64,000 nucleotides of DNA, taken from contig JBJEGD010000022.1 in NCBI GenBank assembly GCA_051874735.1, positions 402 through 64,401 on the forward strand. Direction: 5' to 3'. Each line of letters begins with the position of its first letter. The first letter of the stretch is position 1. The notes beneath the pieces are model-generated. The model had not been told where the DNA came from. It searched no databases and saw only the letters and a list, made by a program, of their open reading frames with translations. Of the stretch, positions 19,139 through 28,568 are shown piece by piece. The stretch comes from Candidatus Bruticola sp. (lineage in GTDB: Bacteria; Vulcanimicrobiota; Xenobia; Xenobiales; Xenobiaceae). The position numbers and the translations under genes were made by a program.

Positions 19139-20253
19139 TACTTCTCTTCCTCTTCTTTTTTCTCTGTATCAAGTGAATCTGCAGATGACGTCTGGGCTGC
19201 TGTCTCCTCAGGTGCCCTGCTTTCTACAGTAGATTCTGCTTTATTTGCATTTACAGAAGCACTGCTGTTCTCTTTTTCATACTCGCGAACTAAATTAATG
19301 AAAACATCTTCTAAAGAGATGCGCTCATCTTGGATACCGTAAACTTCCCACTTTTTGCTATTCATTACGTGGTTAATTTCGCGACGTACTGTCAGACTGT
19401 CCTTAGGAGCTTCAACAGTAAAAGTAAGCAAAGGATATTTTGAGTTGGCAATATTTTCACCGCCGCAGCTCACCACATTGCTTACACAATCTAACCCTTT
19501 AAGTACTTCCAAAACTTCATTTTGTGATGGAGCCAAAATTTGGATCTTCAATCCAATATTTTTTTGAACTCTGCTTTCCAAATTAGCCGGGGTATCAGCC
19601 GCGACTAAATTACCATGATCTAAAATGCAAACCTTATTGCAAGTCAAAGATACTTCAGACAATATATGAGTAGAGAGAATTATAGTTGATTGACCGGCTA
19701 AGCTAATAATAAGCTCGCGAAAATTTTTAATTTGCTCCGGATCCAAACCTACAGTAGGTTCATCGAGAATAAGTACTGGCGGCTCATTAATGATAGCTTG
19801 AGCTAGACCGACCCTCTGACGATATCCCCGAGAGACGGTGCGGATCAGTTGGTTAGCCACATTCTCTAGGCTACAGCGCTCCAACGTTTTCTTGATAGCT
19901 TTATCTATATCAAGATGGGCCATACCTTTAGTACGAGCGACAAAATTAAGGTATTCAGTTACCGTCATATCAAGGTAAACTGGAACATTCTCCGGCATAA
20001 AACCTATGGAACGGCGCACTCCTAAACTATCAGTCATTACATCGAAGCCATTGACAACAGCTGTTCCCATAGTAGGCGGATAAAAACAAGTCAGCATTTT
20101 CATCGTAGTAGTTTTACCGGCGGCATTCGGTCCTAAGAAGCCCAGAATTTCGCCTTTTTCTACATTAAAAGAAACCTTATTGACAGCAGTCCGCTTGCCG
20201 AACATTTTAGTCAGGCCTTTAGCCTTTATCATGAAATCTTTAGATTCTGTCAT
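19138..20253 (-). CDS. GldA-like ABC transporter ATP-binding protein
   Basis: Walker A GPNAAGKTT, signature VSRGYRQR, Walker B LILDEPT. Confidence 0.94.
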   Translation of the reverse strand: MTESKDFMIKAKGLTKMFGKRTAVNKVSFNVEKGEILGFLGPNAAGKTTTMKMLTCFYPPTMGTAVVNGFDVMTDSLGVRRSIGFMPENVPVYLDMTVTEYLNFVARTKGMAHLDIDKAIKKTLERCSLENVANQLIRTVSRGYRQRVGLAQAIINEPPVLILDEPTVGLDPEQIKNFRELIISLAGQSTIILSTHILSEVSLTCNKVCILDHGNLVAADTPANLESRVQKNIGLKIQILAPSQNEVLEVLKGLDCVSNVVSCGGENIANSKYPLLTFTVEAPKDSLTVRREINHVMNSKKWEVYGIQDERISLEDVFINLVREYEKENSSASVNANKAESTVESRAPEETAAQTSSADSLDTEKKEEEEK

Positions 20254-20689
20254 ACAATCTCCGCGAATCTCGCCTCAAGGTCTTTCGCGAATTTCTCCTT
20301 TATTTCAGACACTTAAAACGAAAATTTTCAGCATTGTTTCCCGTACAGACCATTTCAGACCGATACCCAATATCAGCAGGTGTGCCGGGAATTAAGTTTG
20401 CAGCCCTAAGCGCATACCGCACTCTATTTTTTCCTTCAGCTGAAGGAGCTTACTGCAGAAAACAGGCCTCTGAAAGAGCTAATTTTCCTGATAAAAAGCC
20501 TGTTTTTAATTAAGAGCGTCGTGTTTTCTGCGCAAACAGCTCTCACCCCTGCAATACATTTGGTGCGCGATCCCGGCAGGGAAGACCAAAGATAACAAGA
20601 ACTGTTGAAAAATTTTAGCGGTTTCGGTTCCCACAGCAGGCACGAAGCTGTTCAGCTAATCCGCACCAGCAAGTTAAGAGGTATTGTAA

Positions 20690-21679
20690 GTGCCGCCGGT
20701 TCCTCTTCCATTAGGAAGCAGTCTCCGCAATCGTTATCGTATCCAAAATCATATAAGCACAGAACATTGTAATCTATACGTAGTCCAGGACACTCACCTG
20801 ACAGGCAAGTACTGGATGCTCAAAGAAATAAGTATTTTTGGCTACGACCCGGTATTGCGCGCAAAACTGATCACTGTATTTCAGGCAGAAGCTAAACAGC
20901 TTTTAGCTATGGAGCACGCGTGCCTTCCTAAACTCGTCGATTTTTTTGTTGAAGGTCAATCTATATACGTATTACGTGACTTAGTTCAAGGCAGTGATCT
21001 CTTTTCACTTGTAAATTCTCGGGGAGTGCTTCCAGAATTATCAGCCCTAACTGTAGGTATAAAAATTTGCGATTTAATTCTTTACTTACAAAGTATAGGA
21101 CTGATGCAGAATGCTAACTTTATGGAAGCACTAAAAAACCATCTAAAACCCAGCAATATTGTTTACCAAGAAACGAGCGGAAATGTTGTCATGCTCGATG
21201 TAGGTTTTCCTCAAACCAACCTGTTTTTAAAATCGTATTCTCCTGGCGGTTGGATTCGGGTTTATAAAGTTCCTGAAGATGCAACTAGCACTTTGAGCAG
21301 CGAAGGCAAAAAGCTTGTTTATATCATTGGAGCTATGCTCTATCATCTGCTCACCACTATCAATCCCTCAGATTCACCTTTCAAACTAAAACCTATCGAA
21401 GCCCTGCGTCCCGATTTAGGAACTCTTACTAAAGCAGCTTTAGTGAAATCATTGCGAGTAGATCCGCGCGATCGCTTCGGCAATGTTGCTGATTTGCGCA
21501 ACAGTTTGGAAAAGGCCTACAAATCGACAGTCAAAAGAACGGGCGGCCGCCCAGCAGAGCGCCTGGGGCGAATCGACGAATCCAGAGTTTTTCCCAGCTG
21601 GATCTGGATCTTGTGCATGATTTTTGCCTGCCTTATTGGCGGAGCTGCAGTCGTCCTCTATCAAATGTTTCTTCAGTAA
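20690..21679 (+). CDS. Membrane-anchored Ser/Thr pseudokinase
   Basis: Hanks fold (YWMLKE, LPKLVDFF, LKPSNI) with no Gly-rich loop, His in place of the catalytic Asp and DVG for DFG; C-terminal TM helix. Confidence 0.8.
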   Translation: MPPVPLPLGSSLRNRYRIQNHISTEHCNLYVVQDTHLTGKYWMLKEISIFGYDPVLRAKLITVFQAEAKQLLAMEHACLPKLVDFFVEGQSIYVLRDLVQGSDLFSLVNSRGVLPELSALTVGIKICDLILYLQSIGLMQNANFMEALKNHLKPSNIVYQETSGNVVMLDVGFPQTNLFLKSYSPGGWIRVYKVPEDATSTLSSEGKKLVYIIGAMLYHLLTTINPSDSPFKLKPIEALRPDLGTLTKAALVKSLRVDPRDRFGNVADLRNSLEKAYKSTVKRTGGRPAERLGRIDESRVFPSWIWILCMIFACLIGGAAVVLYQMFLQ

Positions 21680-21758
21680 GTGCTAATTCTGATACTGCAG
21701 TATATATGTACAGACGAAAAGACAGTTTTACCGTAATACGCTCTCATCAGGAGACAGA

Positions 21759-24395
21759 ATGTTAAATCAAGGCGCCACCATAGGGACACACTATAAGGTC
21801 GTCCGCCTCTTAGGGCAAGGCGGCATGAGCAATATTTACATTTGCGAAGATTCCCATCTGTTTGGTAAAGTGTGGGCCGTTAAAGAGTTTACCGCCGTAT
21901 ACGCCGATCCGAAAGAACAAGCCACCGCTCTAGCCCACTTCGAAAGGGAGGCTCGCCTTCTCTCAACCCTATCTCATCCTAATTTACCGGCCATAAATGA
22001 ATACTTCCAGTTTCAAGGCAAATATTACTTAGCTATGGAGTACATTCAGGGCCTGGACTTAAGTAAAATTATTGAAAAAAAGGGCGGCCCTCTGTCCGAC
22101 CAGGAAACTGCCGATATCGGTCTACAAATGACAACGGTGCTTTATTATCTGCACTGCCAGAAACCCACGCCTATTATTTTCCGCGACGTCAAGCCTAGTA
22201 ACATAATTATTTGCAACGGTAATGTCAAACTTATCGATTTTGGCATTGCGCGTTTTTTTACACCAGGCAAGCGCGGAGACACCATGCGCATAGGTTCCCC
22301 AGGCTATGCTCCACCGGAACAGTATAACGGCCAAACAGATCCTCGCTCTGATATTTATGCATTGGGTATGACTCTGCATCAGTGTCTTACTGGACAAGAT
22401 CCTACCTTATCGACCAATCCTTTTATTGTGCCTCCAGTTTTGAATTTAAATCCCAAAGTATCTCCTGCTTTAGCTTCTATTGTGCAAAAAGCCATTAAGC
22501 TGGTGCCAGAAGATCGCTACCAAAGCATGCTAGAAATGAAAAAGGATCTGCGCGCCTTTTTGAAAGCTGAGGAACGAAAAAATACAGTTCCTTCGGCTAG
22601 CGCCATCGTGTCTCAGGCCGCAGCACCTGTTCTGCAAAAGCTTCCGACTATTTCTTCAGCTACTCCTCCCCCACAAATTACCGCCCAGCCGCCATCGACG
22701 CCGATTATCCCCTCAGGCCCCTCAGGCACTTCTAGCAATCAGCAGGCCAATTCAGCTTCAGTTGCTCAAATTCAACCAAATTCGCTCCAAGCTCATAAAG
22801 GCGGAACCAGCTTAGTTTCTCCCATAACTATGCCGTCTGCCCCCATTCAGCAGCCCAGCGCCAATATTTTGTCTTCACCGCTAATACCGCCTCCTACCCG
22901 GTCGGATTCGGGCTTCAATCAGCCCATCATTATTCCCGCTGATGAAGACGACTTGCCTCAATCTCCCGGAAGTTGGAAATTAGGTTGCTTCAAAGCAGTA
23001 TTTAACTTAACGTTATTGGCCTGCCTGAGCGGCCTAGGCTCTATATATTTTGGTTTTTGGAATCCAGTACTGATGCCGGCTAGGAATGTTCCTCTGGAGG
23101 CCCGACCACCTATAATCAGATTACTGCAACCAAATCAAGAGAATTTATCTCCTAATAACTACTTGGCAGTTTATAAATATACTGTCAACCGTTTAAAAGT
23201 TGCTGAAATTTTAAAAGAAAGGGTTGCTTCTTATCCTCAAGACTTAGCTGCGGCGCTGTTGAAAGGCAATTCTGATATAGCTACAATTATCAGCCATCAA
23301 AAAGCCTATATGTACGATTGGTCAGATGATTCATCATCGAAGGACAAAGCTCCCAGCGATCCCTACGGACTCAATCTTGACGACCAAGATATTCTTAAAC
23401 TCTTTGGGCCGGAGAATACAATAAGCGCAGTATTTCCTGAAGCTATTGACTTAGATAAAACAGATTCTCCTTTCGCTCGCGGTCTGGTGGCAGCCCAGAA
23501 AGTTTTTCAAAGTGATATTGCCCCTCAAGGTCAAGGCGTCATGATTAATCCAATAGTATCTGATCATCCCCTATCTTCGGCCCAGCTGGTTCAAGCTCTC
23601 AATAAGCAGATCTGCCAGGCTTCTCCTTGTCCCAAACCGGGACAGATCAATTCGCAAGCTGTTATAAGCCTAGACGACATAAGCTCTGCTTGGAAAGATT
23701 CGGATCCTTCGCCAATGTATAACACGGTCGAAGCTCCTTCTATTTATTTCGCTTTGAATACAACCGACAAGCTGCCCACTTTAACACAAATTGTGCAGGC
23801 AACTATCGATCGGAAAAAAGACGGACAAAAAATTTTCGTAGTTAAAGAAAATAAAACCGCTAAAGCTCTGGACTACCTCCCTCAAAAACTGAAAAATTGC
23901 CAAATAGTCGACAGTATTAGTGAACTCAGCCCAAATAAGAATACGGGAGGAGCCGTTTTGTTGACCTCTTATCAAGCTAAAGCTCACCCAAATATTCCTA
24001 TACAGTACAAAATAATAATATTAGCCCCAACTCTTCAGGCAGTTGAAAAGCTTGATATTCCCATTGAATGGCGAAAAAACGGACGTCTGACTATTTGGAC
24101 TCTGTTGTCGTACCAACACCCATACTCACAAGCTTCAGCCTTACTCAACAGCGGATTTATAAACAGCGAAACAGAACTAGATTTAAATAATCTCTATACG
24201 GCTTTAAAGGCGGCAGACGCTTTTACATTAAGCGCTATGCGTCTGCGCGACTTAAAAGGTCCATTTCCTGGTGCTTTGGCCCAATACAATATCACCCTAC
24301 AAACTTTTGTACCTATAAGCTGTCAAATTTTTACAGCCCAAACCAACTGCTTTAGTCCTGCCGCCTCTCCATCTCCGCAGCGGGACAAAATTTAG
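21759..24395 (+). CDS. Transmembrane Ser/Thr protein kinase
   Basis: GQGGMS, AVKE, FRDVKPSN, DFG and GSPGYAPPEQ motifs; Pro/Ser-rich linker, one TM helix and a large extracellular domain. Confidence 0.95.
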   Translation: MLNQGATIGTHYKVVRLLGQGGMSNIYICEDSHLFGKVWAVKEFTAVYADPKEQATALAHFEREARLLSTLSHPNLPAINEYFQFQGKYYLAMEYIQGLDLSKIIEKKGGPLSDQETADIGLQMTTVLYYLHCQKPTPIIFRDVKPSNIIICNGNVKLIDFGIARFFTPGKRGDTMRIGSPGYAPPEQYNGQTDPRSDIYALGMTLHQCLTGQDPTLSTNPFIVPPVLNLNPKVSPALASIVQKAIKLVPEDRYQSMLEMKKDLRAFLKAEERKNTVPSASAIVSQAAAPVLQKLPTISSATPPPQITAQPPSTPIIPSGPSGTSSNQQANSASVAQIQPNSLQAHKGGTSLVSPITMPSAPIQQPSANILSSPLIPPPTRSDSGFNQPIIIPADEDDLPQSPGSWKLGCFKAVFNLTLLACLSGLGSIYFGFWNPVLMPARNVPLEARPPIIRLLQPNQENLSPNNYLAVYKYTVNRLKVAEILKERVASYPQDLAAALLKGNSDIATIISHQKAYMYDWSDDSSSKDKAPSDPYGLNLDDQDILKLFGPENTISAVFPEAIDLDKTDSPFARGLVAAQKVFQSDIAPQGQGVMINPIVSDHPLSSAQLVQALNKQICQASPCPKPGQINSQAVISLDDISSAWKDSDPSPMYNTVEAPSIYFALNTTDKLPTLTQIVQATIDRKKDGQKIFVVKENKTAKALDYLPQKLKNCQIVDSISELSPNKNTGGAVLLTSYQAKAHPNIPIQYKIIILAPTLQAVEKLDIPIEWRKNGRLTIWTLLSYQHPYSQASALLNSGFINSETELDLNNLYTALKAADAFTLSAMRLRDLKGPFPGALAQYNITLQTFVPISCQIFTAQTNCFSPAASPSPQRDKI

Positions 24396-24408
24396 GAGTA
24401 ATTCTAAG

Positions 24409-25083
24409 ATGGTTTTCAAACGCATTCTGTACTGTTTGGTTGCTTTTATGATGAGCCTGGCTTTCGGTTTGACAATTGCGCCTAGCTTAGTTCAAGTTCT
24501 TAACCTGCCTCACAGTATGCTGGTTATCATAGTTCTGTCGCTATTCATAGCCCTATTGGGAACGGTAATTTTTTATACGGTTTCTTCTAAACTAAAAAAA
24601 ATAGCCGACGAAACTAGTGATTCCGATCCATCTCTGCAGCAGCAATGGGCCTGGCTGAAACCAGCTGGCGTAGTTCCCCGCTCTCCTTATCCTATAAATA
24701 AGGAACAAATTATTATCGGACGCGATATAGCTTCCGATATACTTTTATGCAATGACTCAATTTCTCGGCGCCATGCTGAAGTTGTGCGTTCTGCAGAGGG
24801 ATGGCGCGTCCGAGATTTAGGAAGTAGTAATGGAACTTTTGTCAACGGACAGCGAGTTGATGAAATGCTTTTAGTTGAAGGTGACGTCATTACTCTAGGA
24901 GATATCAACCTGACCTTTGAAGGACCGCGCCGCCCCGTTCCTCAATGTAGTCCGGAGCCGGTATCTTCCATGCCGACGATCGATCAACAAAGCCTGGGCT
25001 CAGATACTATAGCTCAAACTATCCCCCTAGGATCCTCTAACACCCAAATTTGGCCCCCCAGAGTCAACAACGAGAAAGAATAA
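24409..25083 (+). CDS. Membrane-anchored FHA-domain protein
   Basis: Two N-terminal TM helices; FHA motifs IGRD, SRRHA and DLGSSNGTFVNG. Confidence 0.93.
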   Translation: MVFKRILYCLVAFMMSLAFGLTIAPSLVQVLNLPHSMLVIIVLSLFIALLGTVIFYTVSSKLKKIADETSDSDPSLQQQWAWLKPAGVVPRSPYPINKEQIIIGRDIASDILLCNDSISRRHAEVVRSAEGWRVRDLGSSNGTFVNGQRVDEMLLVEGDVITLGDINLTFEGPRRPVPQCSPEPVSSMPTIDQQSLGSDTIAQTIPLGSSNTQIWPPRVNNEKE

Positions 25084-25086
25084 ACG

Positions 25087-26133
25087 TTGCATTTCCAAGA
25101 TCGGTATGGACAAACTTCTTCAAAACCACGCACTCTAATTTTAGCAGGCGGCGTAGGCGGCGCCCGTCTAGTTCATGGTTTTTATCAGTTTTTTTACTAT
25201 GATTATCGTGCTTCAGACAGTTCATCAAACCTCATATCAAGCCCAAATTATACAGACGATTTACCGCTTCACGTTGTGATAAACAGCGGTGACGACTTAA
25301 ATTGGATGGGGCTGAAAGTCTGCCCTGATTTTGACACAAACCTTTATACTCTGGCTGAGCTCAACCACAAGCAGCAAGGCTGGGGATTAGCGGAAGACAC
25401 TTGGTCGGCACTGCAAATGTTAAAGCGCTGGTCGGACAATCCAGTGTGGTTTCATATGGGAGACAGCGATTTGGCTGTCAGTCTGCAACGTACTTACTGG
25501 CTAAACCAAGGATACAATTTAGCGGAAGTAAGCAGCAGGCTGTGTGCTGGATTGGGCTTGCCATCATGTCTGTGGCCTATGTCGCTTCAAGAAGTTACCA
25601 CTTATGTGCACACCCCTGCAGGTGACCTGCCCTTTCAAGAATACTTTGTAAAGGGTAAAGCTCAAGCGCAAACTTTATCATTCTCCTATAAAGGTATAGA
25701 AAAAGCGAAGCCGCTTCCCGGATTACTTAAGTTAATTGCGCAATCAGACTTAATAGTACTGGCTCCTTCTAATCCGTTTGTCAGTTTGCTACCCATACTC
25801 AATTTACCAGGAATAGTCCAGGCTATTCAGGTAAGCCGGGCTCTCAAAATTGCGGTCAGTCCCTTACACGGAGGACAAGCTTTTAAGGGGCCTTTAAGAG
25901 ATATGCTTATTAACTGTGGCTTCAAGGCTTCCTCACTTGAAATACTCAAGTTATATCCCAACCTTATTGATAAATTTTTTGTAGCTTGCCAAGATATAAG
26001 CTCAAAAACCGCTCTACCAGACAAAAATATAGAGATTATTCCGACAGATATCGATTTATCTACTCCGCATCAGCGCCTTAAATTGGCAGCGGCTGCTATT
26101 GAAGAAGCGAGCAAATATGTACGCCAAATTTAA
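25087..26133 (+). CDS. cofD: 2-phospho-L-lactate transferase CofD family protein
   Basis: AGGVGGARL, GLKVCPDFDT, WFHMGDSDLA, FQEYFV, APSNPFVS and AFKGP match the CofD branch of the CofD/YvcK family. Confidence 0.82.
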   Translation: MHFQDRYGQTSSKPRTLILAGGVGGARLVHGFYQFFYYDYRASDSSSNLISSPNYTDDLPLHVVINSGDDLNWMGLKVCPDFDTNLYTLAELNHKQQGWGLAEDTWSALQMLKRWSDNPVWFHMGDSDLAVSLQRTYWLNQGYNLAEVSSRLCAGLGLPSCLWPMSLQEVTTYVHTPAGDLPFQEYFVKGKAQAQTLSFSYKGIEKAKPLPGLLKLIAQSDLIVLAPSNPFVSLLPILNLPGIVQAIQVSRALKIAVSPLHGGQAFKGPLRDMLINCGFKASSLEILKLYPNLIDKFFVACQDISSKTALPDKNIEIIPTDIDLSTPHQRLKLAAAAIEEASKYVRQI

Positions 26134-28501
26134 ACCCTATTTAGTTGAATGCTTATGTGCTTTTTTACTGGCTAGTCTAGCCTCATCTTTGTTGTTTGCG
26201 CCTATTTGGTTCACTTCAAGTTTTATATATGCAGGTGATTATACTGGTTCAGATCTGCTAGACATGAATCTACCTCTGCGTTTTTTAGCAGCTCAATCGG
26301 TAAAAAGAGGCAGCATGCCTTTATGGAGTCCAGAAATAGGCTGCGGTTTTCCCTTGCTTGCTGAAGGTCAGGCCGGAGTTTTTTATCCCTCCACTCTGCC
26401 ATTATTTATGCTTTTTTCAGTACCCTGGGCATCTAATCTAAGTATTATTTCATCGTTAGCCATAGCGTTCTTCGGAGGCTATATTCTGGGTAGAGTTCAC
26501 GGTCTTTCCCGCCAAGCCAGCTGCATCACAGCCTTGACGGCTGCTTTTAGCCCTATCCTGGTTTTTAGAATCAAACACTTAAATATGCTACAGGCGGCGG
26601 TCTGGTCTCCTTTAGCCTTCAGTGCTGTGAAGCTAATATGCACGTACGCATCTAAGCAGAGAGAAGATCTATTAATTCCGCTGAGATCAGGTGACCATAT
26701 TTCAGCTCAACTGGTATACCGCAGCGGGATACTGCTGCTGAGCTTATGCTGGCTAATGCAAATTTTGGCGGGGCACCCTCACATTGCTTGCGTCTGCGGT
26801 TTGGCAGCTTTAATTTATGCCATTATTCTCTGGCTGAAAAATACAATCGAAAAGAAACAACTTTTATATCAATCCTTCTTTGACATAGCTAAAGCCTTAT
26901 TTATAAGTGCACTGGCTGCAGTCGCTGTAAGCGGCCTTCAGCTGCTGCCTACGGCAGAACTAGCCGCTCAATCTAGTCGAGGTCACGCTTACAGTTGGGA
27001 TTCACTAAAAATGTTTCCCTTTACCTGGGAACATTTTAAACTTTTTCTCAATCCGTTCTGGCTGGGTAATCCTGCTCAAGCGACCACAGAAGCGCAGCTA
27101 CAGCGCAATATTATCAGCTACGGTGTCTTCTGGGAATCTATGCCGTATATAGGTTTAGTGCCCCTGTTTTTTATGTTTTACTCTCTGAGACGCCTACAGC
27201 ATTTTCTACTTGGGGAAGCGGCTGTGGCAGCTCTCGTTTTTTTACTCATGGCTCTGGGACCACAAGGCTGGCTCTACTGGTTGCCTTGGAAATTATGTCC
27301 AGGTTTCAATCTCTTCCGCTTCCCAGCCCGCTTTCTTATACCTTTCGGCACTGTTGCCGCTCTCTGGGTCGGATGCGGCTTTGATGCTTTCAAAAACGAT
27401 TGGTTTAACAAATGGCAAAGTAAATTAGAGACAACTGTTTTTGCATTGATAGCCCTGACCGTATGGTTCAATTTTTTCTGGGCCGCCAACGAGTATGTCT
27501 CGTATTTGCCAAACTCCATCTTTAGACGTCCTATAACTGCCGATATGTGCGAAGGAGCTTCACGCATAGCTTCACCCACCATGCAGAATAATTGGGCCTC
27601 TATAGTGCAGTTACAAGGTTGGAAAAATAGTTCGGATGCTATAGTTTCTATTTTTCACGCCCTTTCGCCTGACTCAGCTATATTCTGGGGCCTTAAGCAA
27701 AATACGAACCGCACTGTTTTTGAAGGCGGTATGTGTTTAGTAAATTACACCGACATACAAAAAGCTGCAATAAAATTTATTAATTTAGGTGCCCAAAATA
27801 AGCAACACTTTATGCGCATCAGCCGCAAGGGGCTGCAACTTTATAAACTTCAAAATGTCAGCCATTTACTTTCTTTTGAAACCTTGATAGACACTCCATC
27901 GAAACCTGGCAATCTTGTAGGGGAAACAGAACTGCCACCGTTTTCTGCTCCGCTGCATATATACAAATTAAATGAGCCCCAACCTAGAGTGATCCTGGCT
28001 TCTGCTTTTACTGAAGGAGAAGCTAATCTTTCCGTTGATTCATTCCTGAATGAGTACGGAGCCAGTATTGAAGAAACCAGTTTTGTAGTTATACATAAAG
28101 GAGACAATAAAGCTGTCAAAACAGACTCTTATCAATCGTCTTCATCAAGAGACAGGAGCGATTATCCTCTGCAGCCTAATGAGTACTGCCGAATAACCCA
28201 AGACACCCCTCTTCATTTAGAGCTGGAAGTAAATACTAATCAAACTAGGGCTTTACTATTTACAGAAAATTACTATCCGTCATGGCGGGCCTTCCTAAAC
28301 GGCAGCCCCTTGAAAATATATCGAGCTAATTTAGCCTTTATGGGCTGTATAATTCCCCCAGGACATCACAAGATAGTTTTAAATTTTGTTTCCGTTTCTC
28401 TCAAATGGGGCAGTTTGCTAAGTTTAATGGGTATTATATTGATACTTCGATTGATATTTTTAACTTGGCAAACGGCAAAGGAGCAAATTTCTGCCAGGTA
28501 A
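26117..28501 (+). CDS. YfhO-family polytopic membrane protein (GT-C-type glycosyltransferase)
   Basis: PLWSPEIGCGFP, AGHPH, FRFPARF and ENYYPSWRA motifs; many TM helices; overlaps the cofD stop. Confidence 0.85.
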   Translation: MYAKFKPYLVECLCAFLLASLASSLLFAPIWFTSSFIYAGDYTGSDLLDMNLPLRFLAAQSVKRGSMPLWSPEIGCGFPLLAEGQAGVFYPSTLPLFMLFSVPWASNLSIISSLAIAFFGGYILGRVHGLSRQASCITALTAAFSPILVFRIKHLNMLQAAVWSPLAFSAVKLICTYASKQREDLLIPLRSGDHISAQLVYRSGILLLSLCWLMQILAGHPHIACVCGLAALIYAIILWLKNTIEKKQLLYQSFFDIAKALFISALAAVAVSGLQLLPTAELAAQSSRGHAYSWDSLKMFPFTWEHFKLFLNPFWLGNPAQATTEAQLQRNIISYGVFWESMPYIGLVPLFFMFYSLRRLQHFLLGEAAVAALVFLLMALGPQGWLYWLPWKLCPGFNLFRFPARFLIPFGTVAALWVGCGFDAFKNDWFNKWQSKLETTVFALIALTVWFNFFWAANEYVSYLPNSIFRRPITADMCEGASRIASPTMQNNWASIVQLQGWKNSSDAIVSIFHALSPDSAIFWGLKQNTNRTVFEGGMCLVNYTDIQKAAIKFINLGAQNKQHFMRISRKGLQLYKLQNVSHLLSFETLIDTPSKPGNLVGETELPPFSAPLHIYKLNEPQPRVILASAFTEGEANLSVDSFLNEYGASIEETSFVVIHKGDNKAVKTDSYQSSSSRDRSDYPLQPNEYCRITQDTPLHLELEVNTNQTRALLFTENYYPSWRAFLNGSPLKIYRANLAFMGCIIPPGHHKIVLNFVSVSLKWGSLLSLMGIILILRLIFLTWQTAKEQISAR

Positions 28502-28568
28502 AGAAATTTTGTTGTCATAATAGCAACTACCACCAAAATCAATTATCAGAAAGGCATAATAATCCAAA

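Noticed and set aside
20432-20447. Palindrome tccttcagctgaagga as an operator
   Set aside because: It is a single occurrence with no second copy noticed and no adjacent regulator gene, so support is insufficient.
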